A DNA stretch of 24,090 nucleotides from a virus (taxonomy: Duplodnaviria > Caudoviricetes): positions 1-24,090 of IMG/VR virus record IMGVR_UViG_3300031925_000034; one strand, given 5' to 3'. Positions 16,463 to 24,090 of the stretch are shown here, piece after piece. The position numbers were made by a program, and so were the translations under genes. Position 1 is the first letter of the stretch. Each line of letters begins with the position of its first letter. The notes beneath the pieces are model-generated. The model was not told the DNA's origin, did no database searches, and saw only the letters and a program-made list of their open reading frames with translations.

Positions 16463-16630
16463 ATGAATAAGAGGGAGTTATTGGAAAAATTTTTGGAAGC
16501 ACAAACGGAAGACTGTCCTTACTGGTGTAATATGTGCGAATATGTTGAAATATGCGACACAATCGAAAGAATGTACGAAAGGTTAAAAAGGCAGAAAGAA
16601 TGGGAAGAATGGGAGGAGGAAGAGGAATGA
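16463..16630 (+). CDS. Small Cys-rich acidic protein (55 aa, not in ORF track)
   Basis: MNKRELLEKFLEAQTEDCPYWCNMCEYVEIC...EEEEE*; ATGA overlap with next gene. Confidence 0.6.
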   Translation: MNKRELLEKFLEAQTEDCPYWCNMCEYVEICDTIERMYERLKRQKEWEEWEEEEE

Positions 16631-16818
16631 AAAACAAGAAAGGTAACCCTAATAAAGTGCATCCAGTTTTAGCCAAAAAGGCATTAGAAATGGCTGGCGG
16701 AGATAGAAATGCAGCGTACAGCTACTGTGTAAAGTTAAGCTGGAAGCTGTGGGGGAGGTTAGCTCCCGGTTTTGACAATGCGGATTTGCAAGCATTTTAT
16801 GAGAAGGAGAGGATGTAA
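16627..16818 (+). CDS. Hypothetical protein
   Basis: Start re-assigned to ATG 16627 (MKNKKGNP...). Confidence 0.65.
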   Translation: MKNKKGNPNKVHPVLAKKALEMAGGDRNAAYSYCVKLSWKLWGRLAPGFDNADLQAFYEKERM

Positions 16819-16819
16819 A

Positions 16820-17254
16820 ATGCGAGAAATAAAATTTAGGGTTTGGGATAAAAAGAATAAAAAAATGTACTATGGCTATAAACCTGATAGACCAAATATG
16901 ATAGATTTTGACGGGAATTTATGTATAACAGGTACGGGGAATATAGATGAATATGGTAGTCCGACAGATTATATTATTGGATGTAAACAACAGAACTACA
17001 TTCTCATGCAATATATAGGTCTAAAGGACAAGACTGGAAAAGAAATTTACGAGGGTGACATAGTTAGACAAAGACGGTTTTTAGGATGGGATAAACAAAA
17101 TGGAGAAAGATACAAGGATATTTATGGAGTGGTACGTTTTGAAAATGGAATGTTTACATGTGGGATTGTTGACTATACGTTAATTGATTGGAATAAATGC
17201 GAAGTAATCGGCAACAAATGGGAAAATCCTGAATTATTGGAGGAGGGAAAGTGA
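16820..17254 (+). CDS. YopX family protein
   Basis: MREIKFRVWDK, 'LMQYIGLKDKTGKEIYEGDIV', 'EVIGNKWENPELL'. Confidence 0.92.
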   Translation: MREIKFRVWDKKNKKMYYGYKPDRPNMIDFDGNLCITGTGNIDEYGSPTDYIIGCKQQNYILMQYIGLKDKTGKEIYEGDIVRQRRFLGWDKQNGERYKDIYGVVRFENGMFTCGIVDYTLIDWNKCEVIGNKWENPELLEEGK

Positions 17255-17352
17255 ATGGGAGAAGATTACTTCTTTGATACTGAGGCGGATTTAGAAGCGC
17301 AAGAACAACTGTGGCTGGAGTGCATGTGAATAAATAAGGGGGGAGGATAAAG

Positions 17353-17538
17353 ATGAATAAAAATTTACTAATTAATGTGTTGCATGATGAAATTGATGTA
17401 GCAAGAGTAAATGAGGCACAATCAATGACATTAGCTGGTGCTTATTATTGGAAAGGATATAGACAAGCATTAGAGAGAGCACTGACGCTTGTACTCAGAG
17501 AAGAACAGAAACATTTATTAGTAGCAAAGAATGAGTGA
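17353..17538 (+). CDS. Hypothetical protein
   Basis: 61 aa, GGAGG RBS. Confidence 0.65.
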   Translation: MNKNLLINVLHDEIDVARVNEAQSMTLAGAYYWKGYRQALERALTLVLREEQKHLLVAKNE

Positions 17539-17648
17539 TGCTAATAAATGCCCTTCAGAAGCTCATATTTGACTCAGAATCGTTTTTATAAGGTAAAGCA
17601 ATATTTTATATGTCTAAAACAAAATCAAGGCAGATGGAGGTGTTTTAA

Positions 17649-17807
17649 ATGAAATTGTATGAGAAATACTGTAAAAAATGTCATCAAAAATTTATTACTT
17701 CAAGCCCGTACAAAAAACTGTGTCTTTTCTGTGCAATAGAGAACGAACAGAAATCGATAAAAAAGTCTTATCAGAAGAGGAAATTGAAGAAGGTGAAGAC
17801 AGAATGA
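17649..17807 (+). CDS. Small zinc-ribbon protein (52 aa, not in ORF track)
   Basis: MKLYEKYCKKCHQKF...LCLFC...KTE*; two CxxC; ATGA overlap with rusA. Confidence 0.65.
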   Translation: MKLYEKYCKKCHQKFITSSPYKKLCLFCAIENEQKSIKKSYQKRKLKKVKTE

Positions 17808-18226
17808 GAATAGTTCTTACAATTCCAGGCAAACCTTTCGGCAAACAAAGACCACGTGTGACAAAGGCAGGTATTGCATATACACCACAGGAAACAGTCA
17901 ATTATGAAAATTTTATAAAGTTGTTATACATACAACAATACAAAGATTTAAAGCTAGAGGGAGCACTTAGAATGATTATCAGGGCTTTCTATAAAATCCC
18001 CAAGAATGCCAGCAAAAAAGATAAAAAATTGATGGAACAAAATATCATAAGACCAACTAAAAAGCCGGACATGGATAATATTGCAAAAATTATTGCAGAT
18101 GCGCTGAATGGACTTGCTTACGAGGATGACAAACAAATCGTGGAAATGTACATCAGTAAGATTTATGCGGAAGATGAATTTGTGGAAGTTGTCGTGGAGG
18201 AGGTGAGAGGAGGTGAAGCTAGGTGA
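17804..18226 (+). CDS. rusA: RusA family Holliday junction resolvase
   Basis: 'PGKPFGKQRPR', 'KKPDMDNIAKIIADALNGLAYEDDKQIV'; start re-assigned to ATG 17804. Confidence 0.92.
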   Translation: MRIVLTIPGKPFGKQRPRVTKAGIAYTPQETVNYENFIKLLYIQQYKDLKLEGALRMIIRAFYKIPKNASKKDKKLMEQNIIRPTKKPDMDNIAKIIADALNGLAYEDDKQIVEMYISKIYAEDEFVEVVVEEVRGGEAR

Positions 18227-18851
18227 ATTGCTTCTCAAGGCAACAGGTAGTACACCACAAACAGGAAACACGAAAGGAGTTTGTGTGGTTTGTGGTGCTG
18301 AGGTAAATAATGGTATACCACTTAAGGAATGCGTATCTGATAATTTCACAGGCTGGAGTTATTTCTTCTCAGGAAATTGTATGTGCCCAGAGTGCGCATA
18401 CCTTTTTAGCGACCAAACATTCCGCAGGAAGTCATGGGTAGCATCATTACAGGGTTTCAAGGTGTTTAAAAACGACGAGGCGCAGCAAATCTTGTTTAAT
18501 CCACCTGACCCGCCGTTCTTTATCCACATCGCCAAAACTGGTCAAAAACAAACATGGCTTTCATGCATCCACAGAGTCGCACACAATCCGCACAAATACT
18601 TCTTTTCACACGAGAAATATGACGTACCAATATTGTTCGAGCATGATAGGGCAGCGACGTACATCCAAATCATTGCAGAGGCAATGGCAAAAGGCTTGAC
18701 CAAAACGGAACTTACGACGGGCGAGTTCAAAATGAAAACATGGCAAAAGGCAATTGAAAGCGGCTATCGTGATTTCCTGCGAGAGCTGACTAAATTCAAA
18801 GGCGATATCTTATGGGAGGTGTTAGTGGATGTTTACCGAAAAAGAGATTGA
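18213..18851 (+). CDS. csf1: Type IV Csf1 (Cas8-like large subunit)
   Basis: CVVCG...SDNFT...CMCPEC zinc finger, 'LFNPPDPPFFIHI..GQKQ.W'; first of five coupled genes. Confidence 0.8.
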   Translation: MKLGELLLKATGSTPQTGNTKGVCVVCGAEVNNGIPLKECVSDNFTGWSYFFSGNCMCPECAYLFSDQTFRRKSWVASLQGFKVFKNDEAQQILFNPPDPPFFIHIAKTGQKQTWLSCIHRVAHNPHKYFFSHEKYDVPILFEHDRAATYIQIIAEAMAKGLTKTELTTGEFKMKTWQKAIESGYRDFLRELTKFKGDILWEVLVDVYRKRD

Positions 18852-19212
18852 GGATAAAACGGTAGAACTATTGGCGATAGTCTACAATAGCATAAATTGG
18901 AGTAAGATGCATACCAGCAAGAACCCGCATGATATATTCAACCATCGAGTTAGGGCAGCCAGTAGACGGGCGACACTGTTTGAAGCGGTAAGTAAGCTGG
19001 CAAACTATTTTGGTTTGCAGTCGATTCCAACAGAAGCCATTAATATCACTCAAGAGCTTAGACCATATGAGAGAGCAGTGCTCAACAAGATGTACATGGA
19101 ACATATACCAATGTCTATGATGGCAATCATGCGTGCCAAAGAAAGACGTAAAAATAAAAGCCAAATGACAATCTTTGAGAACATAAAGGAGGAGGAATTG
19201 AAAGATGAATAA
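18829..19212 (+). CDS. cas11: Type IV-B Cas11-like small subunit
   Basis: 127 aa predicted helical protein between csf1 and csf2, the type IV-B position. Confidence 0.7.
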   Translation: MFTEKEIEDKTVELLAIVYNSINWSKMHTSKNPHDIFNHRVRAASRRATLFEAVSKLANYFGLQSIPTEAINITQELRPYERAVLNKMYMEHIPMSMMAIMRAKERRKNKSQMTIFENIKEEELKDE

Positions 19213-20041
19213 GCGATTTTATGAAATTGAGGGCACTATCACGGCTTTGACACCAATTTTTCATGGAGGGGACGAAAAGACAGGGTCAACACCGGTTTTA
19301 CGCACAATCATGGTGTATGTGGACGGTATTGGCGAGGTGCCGATACCGTATATCTCCGGGAACGGTATTCGTGGTAAGCTCCGCAGGCTAAGCATAAAAG
19401 ATTTTCTTGATATGCTAGGGTACGAAATCACTAACACAAAACTACACCATGCGCTGTTTTCAGGAGGTGTACTGGAAAGCACAAGCGACACCACAGGCGT
19501 AATCGACCTGGCATTCCGAAAGAAAGTGCGAGAACTTATGCCACCTGTGGCCATATTCGGCTGCGCATTGGGCAACCAAATGATACAAGGTAACTTGATA
19601 GTGGAACACATGTGGCCCATATGCGAGGAGTACAAACCATATCTGCCAGAGGAGTACCAAAAGGACCCACGTGCAGAGCGACCCATCCGCACATTTACCG
19701 ACCAAAGCTTTATAACAAGGCGGGATGATTTGCGTGAGGAGCGCCAAGAAGACGAGCAGGCGGTGCAAATGAAGGTAGATTATGAATGCTTTGTACCCGG
19801 TACGAAGTTTTTCCACCGCTTTGTGCTGCAACTACCAGACCAACTTCAGCTTAGCGCCTTTGGCCGAGTATTAGACCTGTTTGAAGCTATGCCATATGTG
19901 GGAGGCAGGAGCTCCAGCGGTGATGGCAAGGTCATGTTGAACTACAAGAACAAGCCAGATGCCAGCCTGTATCTTGAGTTTGCGCAAGAGAAGAAAGACG
20001 AAATCATAAAATTGCTGAAAGAATTGGAGGAGAGGTTATGA
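19205..20041 (+). CDS. csf2: Type IV Csf2 (Cas7 family RAMP backbone)
   Basis: 'ALTPIFHGG', 'IPYISGNGIRGKLRR', 'LFSGG', C-terminal glycine-rich loop 'VGGRSSSGDG'. Confidence 0.9.
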   Translation: MNKRFYEIEGTITALTPIFHGGDEKTGSTPVLRTIMVYVDGIGEVPIPYISGNGIRGKLRRLSIKDFLDMLGYEITNTKLHHALFSGGVLESTSDTTGVIDLAFRKKVRELMPPVAIFGCALGNQMIQGNLIVEHMWPICEEYKPYLPEEYQKDPRAERPIRTFTDQSFITRRDDLREERQEDEQAVQMKVDYECFVPGTKFFHRFVLQLPDQLQLSAFGRVLDLFEAMPYVGGRSSSGDGKVMLNYKNKPDASLYLEFAQEKKDEIIKLLKELEERL

Positions 20042-20820
20042 GCGGGATGTTAGAGGAAGTAAAATATTTTGCAAATCTAGCGGAGAAGGCTCTGCCTATT
20101 CGGTGGAGCCGCTTCCGGCCATTCAAAGTGACGTTCAAGATAGGCTCACCGGTAGCTCTTTCACATCCGTGGATAAATTTTGACAGCCTTATTTCACATT
20201 TGCTTCTTCTTGAGGCTTTTGGACAAGATTACTTCATTACACCTAAAAAATTTGACATATCACCGTACTTACCTAAGAACAACCGTCTTTTGCCTATTAA
20301 GAGAACAGGCGAAATCTATCATGCAAGTGTAAGTCAGTTTATACCGAAATATTCAGTTAAAATTACAAGGATTTACAAAAGATTTGAAGATAAATGGGCA
20401 GGAGACTTGGATAAGAAAAAAATCAGAGTAGGCAGTGGTCATTTTAGGTCATATGCAATGGCAGAACCGTATATAGCTTGCAAGGAAGTAGTATTTTACG
20501 TAAATGGAGATTTGGAGATTATCAAAGGTCTTATCCTGAGAAATGTGATAGGTTTAGGAAATGATTTACGCATAGGCTTTGGTACAGTAAGGGATATAAT
20601 CTTTGAAGAGATTGAAGAAGATTGGTCCTTGGTGGCTGGCGACATTGCTATGCGACCTATTCCTGTAGAAATGTGCAAGGAATATGAAGAGGCTGCTTAT
20701 ATAGCTTATAAAGGGCCTTATTGGAATCCTAAAAATGTGGCACTATGCGTGCCGCCGGGAGCGAGGTGTAAATTGAAGGATGAATATCAAAGAAGTACTA
20801 AAAAAATGGGCTCAGAATGA
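20038..20820 (+). CDS. csf3: Type IV Csf3 (Cas5 family RAMP)
   Basis: 'FKVTFKIGSPV....PWINFDSLI', 'GSGHFRSY', G-rich loop 'GLGNDLRIGFGTV', 'MRPIP', 'PYW'. Confidence 0.85.
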   Translation: MSGMLEEVKYFANLAEKALPIRWSRFRPFKVTFKIGSPVALSHPWINFDSLISHLLLLEAFGQDYFITPKKFDISPYLPKNNRLLPIKRTGEIYHASVSQFIPKYSVKITRIYKRFEDKWAGDLDKKKIRVGSGHFRSYAMAEPYIACKEVVFYVNGDLEIIKGLILRNVIGLGNDLRIGFGTVRDIIFEEIEEDWSLVAGDIAMRPIPVEMCKEYEEAAYIAYKGPYWNPKNVALCVPPGARCKLKDEYQRSTKKMGSE

Positions 20821-21466
20821 GGAATTTCAACAGAAATTAAATGAGGCTAATAGAATGATTTCGCAAGCATTAAAAAGATATACAAAGATGTATGTTGCCT
20901 ACAGCGGTGGTAAGGATTCCACTGCACTATTACATCTTGTATTACAGCACGACCCGGAGATACTTGTATTCCATTGGGATTATGGGCCGTATCTTATGCC
21001 TAGAGCTTACGAAAAAGAAATAATAGAAAACATGAGAAAAATAGGAGCTAAAAATATTTACATTGACACTTCGGATAAATATAAATCAAGAGAAGATACG
21101 GGAATTTGGTACAAAGAGTTTTTTGGTAGGGTAGTACCAGAATTATTGAAGCAAGGCTATGATGGCTGTTTTGTTGGTATACGAAAAGAAGAGTCTATAT
21201 CGAGAAAATTGCGTATAGAAGCGCAAAAAAGTTTGACAAAGATAAAGGAAATATGGCCGTTGCAAGATTGGAGCTGGAAAGATGTATGGGCTTATATATT
21301 TGCTTTTGATGTTCCATATCATAGTGTTTATGATAAATATGCTCCTATTGTTGGATGGGATAAAGCTAGATTTGTAACGTTTTTTGATAAAGAGTTTGAT
21401 ACGTTAGGAGCAAGTAATGTAGATGGTATATTATCATGGAGGTGGAGATATGACAGCAATTCCTGA
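20780..21466 (+). CDS. cysH: CysH-like (PAPS reductase family) type IV-B accessory protein
   Basis: PP-loop YSGGKDS, GIRKEES..R, PLQDWSWKDVWAY, PYHSVYD. Confidence 0.88.
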   Translation: MNIKEVLKKWAQNEEFQQKLNEANRMISQALKRYTKMYVAYSGGKDSTALLHLVLQHDPEILVFHWDYGPYLMPRAYEKEIIENMRKIGAKNIYIDTSDKYKSREDTGIWYKEFFGRVVPELLKQGYDGCFVGIRKEESISRKLRIEAQKSLTKIKEIWPLQDWSWKDVWAYIFAFDVPYHSVYDKYAPIVGWDKARFVTFFDKEFDTLGASNVDGILSWRWRYDSNS

Positions 21467-21722
21467 AAAATGCCAAAAGTGTTTGAAAAACGAAAATGGG
21501 AGGTGTATAGCATATAAAGAATTTATTGGTGAAGGTTGCCTGGGCTATGTGGACAATCCAGAAGGCATGATAGAAATGTATAAAGAAATGAGAGAATATT
21601 ATTTAACAAAAGTTGGTAGTTGGGATGATATAACATCAAAATTCATGAAAGAAATACGAAGATGGGAAAATGAACTAAGGAGGTGGCATCTTGAAGAAAC
21701 TGCCGAAGCGAAACGTTCTTGA
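21450..21722 (+). CDS. Hypothetical Cys-containing protein
   Basis: ATG 21450 after GGAGGTGG; CQKC..C..C. Confidence 0.65.
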   Translation: MTAIPEKCQKCLKNENGRCIAYKEFIGEGCLGYVDNPEGMIEMYKEMREYYLTKVGSWDDITSKFMKEIRRWENELRRWHLEETAEAKRS

Positions 21723-22167
21723 ACATTACTTTTTTAACTACTACCAAGTCTTGTTTGAGGTAAAAAAGAGAATAGACGATATAATACATTCTTCTCCAGC
21801 AAAGTATGTAGAAACAGGGGGTGGAGGTGTAAGCCATAACAGTAACCCTACTGAATTAAAAGCGATTAAAATTGCAATGGATGAAGAACTAACGGAAAAA
21901 CAACAATGGCTTAAGATTGTGAGAGATGTTGTAGCAGATATGAAGTACATAGATGAGAAAAATAAGACAAAGTATGCTGTACTTATTCAGAAACGCTATT
22001 TTGACGAATTAGCGGACAATCATGTGCAGAAACAATTAGGTTTGCAGTACAGGAGTCAGTATAAAGAGATGAAAGATGTTATATTTCTTGAAGGCATCAT
22101 GCTTGCAATAGCAAGCGGTTTGATAGATTATGATGACATAAGAAAATTTGTGAGGGAAAACTGGTGA
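21691..22167 (+). CDS. Late transcription activator, ArpU/RinA-like
   Basis: 'SNPTELKAI', 'LIQKRYF' and C-terminal HTH-like part; last early gene before the terminase region. Confidence 0.7.
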   Translation: MKKLPKRNVLEHYFFNYYQVLFEVKKRIDDIIHSSPAKYVETGGGGVSHNSNPTELKAIKIAMDEELTEKQQWLKIVRDVVADMKYIDEKNKTKYAVLIQKRYFDELADNHVQKQLGLQYRSQYKEMKDVIFLEGIMLAIASGLIDYDDIRKFVRENW

Positions 22168-22180
22168 AAATGTACTGTAC

Positions 22181-22209
22181 TTGACAGGCTTTTTAAAGGG
22201 TGTTATAAT
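22181..22209 (+). promoter_or_regulatory. Consensus SigA promoter (probable late promoter)
   Basis: TTGACA-17 bp-TATAAT with extended TG. Confidence 0.8.
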
Positions 22210-22262
22210 TAAACTGGTACAATAGAAATTGCGCTCTAGCGTTTGCTAGAGCTCTTTATTTT

Positions 22263-22291
22263 AGCCCGGTCACCCCCGCCGGGCTTTTGTT
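22263..22291 (+). terminator. Intrinsic terminator shortly after the promoter
   Basis: AGCCCGG...CCGGGCT then TTTGTT. Confidence 0.7.
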
Positions 22292-22295
22292 ATGC

Positions 22296-22324
22296 TTGTA
22301 AGAAAATTTATGTTGGTGTAGAAT
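22296..22324 (+). promoter_or_regulatory. Promoter of moron gene
   Basis: TTGTAA-17 bp-TAGAAT. Confidence 0.55.
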
Positions 22325-22361
22325 ATATTTAACGAAATTAAATCTTTTAGGGGGTAGTAAT

Positions 22362-22619
22362 ATGGGAAATAAGGACAATTGGACACCGTGTCCACGTTGT
22401 GGTTCAAACAGAGTGCAGAAAATAAGCAAATGGACATACTTTTTGACATTCTTTGCAGGTTCAGGATGTCTTATATGGCTTGGAATTATATTTCCGTTGT
22501 TTTGGTTTTTAGTGCCGGTTTTATGGATACTGTCATTTATTATACTTTTTGGCCACGATGTTTGGCAGTGTCAGGATTGTAAATACACGTGGAAAGTACA
22601 AAAAGCAAAGAAGAAGTGA
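22362..22619 (+). CDS. Membrane-associated zinc-ribbon protein (moron)
   Basis: CPRC, long hydrophobic stretch, CQDC; own promoter and terminator. Confidence 0.8.
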   Translation: MGNKDNWTPCPRCGSNRVQKISKWTYFLTFFAGSGCLIWLGIIFPLFWFLVPVLWILSFIILFGHDVWQCQDCKYTWKVQKAKKK

Positions 22620-22643
22620 AAGAGCTGAAAGGCTCTTTTTTTT
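22620..22643 (+). terminator. Moron terminator
   Basis: AAGAGC-tgaaag-GCTCTT then long T run. Confidence 0.75.
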
Positions 22644-22683
22644 CTTGTTTTTGAAACAAATTGAAACGAAAGGAGGTATGCTT

Positions 22684-23070
22684 ATGAGCTTGACAAAAAA
22701 GCAGTTAGAAGCAGCAAAATTAATAGCTGAGGGCAATATGACTGATGAAGAAATAGCAAAAGCATGTTCCATAGGGCGCACAACGTTATATCGATGGAAA
22801 CAAAATGATGAATTCCAACAAGCCATTGAAGATTTCACAGTCGAAATGAAAAAAGATATACAGCGTAAGCTCATGAGCATGTCCTCCAAGGCGTTGAGAG
22901 AACTTGACAAATTGCTTTGCGCACGTTCGGAAATGGTGAGGCTTCAGGCAATCAAAGATGTGCTTGATAGGTTAGACATCAAGCCAGCAGACAAACAGGA
23001 CATTGACCTTAAAACCGACATGGAGATAGTCGTTAAGCTGCCGGATGACTTAGCGACTGATGAAAAATGA
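22684..23070 (+). CDS. terS: Terminase small subunit (HTH type)
   Basis: 'MTDEEIAKACSIGRTTLYRWK...F', 'AIKDVLDR'; overlaps terL start; ATG 22684 after AGGAGG. Confidence 0.8.
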   Translation: MSLTKKQLEAAKLIAEGNMTDEEIAKACSIGRTTLYRWKQNDEFQQAIEDFTVEMKKDIQRKLMSMSSKALRELDKLLCARSEMVRLQAIKDVLDRLDIKPADKQDIDLKTDMEIVVKLPDDLATDEK

Positions 23071-24090
23071 TTAAGATAGATTTGACAGCGTTAACACAGC
23101 TCACAAATGAGGTTTATTATCCACTCTACAAAGACAAAAACCGTTATCTTGTGCTATATGGTGGTGCAGGTAGCGGGAAATCAGTTTTTGCTGCACAAAA
23201 GATACTAGTACGGTTGCTGACAGAGCAACCGCACAGATTTTTGGTTGTAAGAAAAGTTGCGAGGACGCTGAGATTCAGCGTCTTTTCTTTATTCCAGGAC
23301 ATAATTGCGCAGTGGAATTTGGCACCGCTGTTCAAAATAAATAAATCCGACATGAGTATTACATGTGTCAACGGCAATCAGATTTTGTTTGCTGGGCTTG
23401 ATGATGTTGAAAAGTTGAAATCAATTGCAAATATAACTGGGATATGGATTGAGGAAGCAAGCGAGCTTGAGCAAAAAGATTTTCAACAATTGGATTTGAG
23501 ATTGAGAGGGCCTACGAAGCACTACAAGCAAATCATTCTCACATTCAACCCAATATCAGCTTTACATTGGTTGAAGAAAGTGTTTTTTGATTTTAAGAAA
23601 GACAATGCCACGATTGTGAAATCCACGTACAAGGACAACAAATTCATAGATACCGAATACGTCAAAGTTCTTGAAGACTTGAAGAATCAGGACGAGACAT
23701 ATTACAAGATTTATGCTCTTGGCGAGTGGGGAGTTTTAGGAAACCTAGTTTTCACAAATTATGTCATCGAGGATATACCGCTCAACGATGAGAGTTACAA
23801 TGCCATTTACTACGGTTTGGACTTTGGCTACAACGACCCATCGGCGCTTATAAAAATTGGCTGGAAAGATAGCGAGATATATGTGCTTGATGAGATATAT
23901 GAAAGGCGTTTGACAAATACAGAGCTTATAAAGTTGTGTGAAAACAGGGTTGACAAAAAGCATTTAATCATAGCTGATAGCGCAGAGCCAGACAGAATAA
24001 AAGAGTTTAAAAAAGCGGGTTTTAGAATTCAACCCTGTACAAAAGGCAAGGATAGCGTGAAATTCGGTTTGGATTGGTTAAAAAGGCGTA
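23067..24090 (+). CDS. terL: Terminase large subunit, PBSX family (partial, runs off window; not in ORF track)
   Basis: YGGAGSGKS Walker A, GLDDVEKLKSI, IWIEEA Walker B, LTFNP, GLDFGYNDP nuclease motif, ADSAEP. Confidence 0.95.
   Translation, partial: MIKIDLTALTQLTNEVYYPLYKDKNRYLVLYGGAGSGKSVFAAQKILVRLLTEQPHRFLVVRKVARTLRFSVFSLFQDIIAQWNLAPLFKINKSDMSITCVNGNQILFAGLDDVEKLKSIANITGIWIEEASELEQKDFQQLDLRLRGPTKHYKQIILTFNPISALHWLKKVFFDFKKDNATIVKSTYKDNKFIDTEYVKVLEDLKNQDETYYKIYALGEWGVLGNLVFTNYVIEDIPLNDESYNAIYYGLDFGYNDPSALIKIGWKDSEIYVLDEIYERRLTNTELIKLCENRVDKKHLIIADSAEPDRIKEFKKAGFRIQPCTKGKDSVKFGLDWLKRR

Larger units (their letters stand above)
1..24090. mobile_element. Temperate siphovirus-like phage genome segment spanning attP (excised/virion-type gene order)
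   Basis: Tail, lysis, attP, lysogeny switch, replication, RusA and terminase modules are contiguous; no host housekeeping genes; SigA-type promoters and AGGAGG RBSs. Confidence 0.95.

Noticed and set aside
20780-21466. Auxiliary metabolic gene for sulfate assimilation or Dnd phosphorothioation
   Set aside because: Catalytic C-terminal Cys motif missing, no other cys or dnd genes, coupled to csf3.
5205-22683. Longest-ORF starts at 5205, 11789, 13851, 16259, 16552, 16772, 17678, 21423 and 22549
   Set aside because: Downstream ATGs have proper RBSs and family-typical N-termini, so starts were re-assigned.
451-23963. Many antisense or alternate-frame ORFs in the track (e.g. 787-1110, 2779-3096, 6652-6951, 9374-9643, 15181-15495, 19261-19692, 22533-22910, 23144-23377)
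   Set aside because: Shadow ORFs overlapping well-supported genes, without RBS or protein-like motifs.
1-24090. CRISPR array serving the csf operon
   Set aside because: No run of equal-length direct repeats with unique spacers seen; the csf genes overlap neighbours, leaving no room. A degenerate mini-array or one outside the window cannot be excluded.

Overview
The whole window is part of a temperate siphovirus-type phage of a low-GC Gram-positive (Bacillota) host, read across its attP site. Gene order: tail module, lysis, a leftward accessory operon, attP (3' half of tRNA-Val(CAC)), integrase/repressor/cro switch, recombination and replication, RusA, late regulator, terminase. Three things stand out. 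(1) A complete five-gene type IV-B CRISPR-Cas-like effector operon (csf1-cas11-csf2-csf3-cysH-like, 18213-21466) is embedded in the early/middle transcript, with no array, cas6 or cas1/2 in the window. (2) A leftward operon of small, partly very acidic proteins (6642-8559) ends in an unannotated ribbon-helix-helix gene, an Acr/Aca-like layout. Its genes are separated by two twister-sister self-cleaving ribozymes and two hairpins sharing a GCCGA loop. (3) An apparent deletion joins a C-terminally truncated repressor to an N-terminally truncated integrase. All calls come from reading motifs by eye; no database searches were run.
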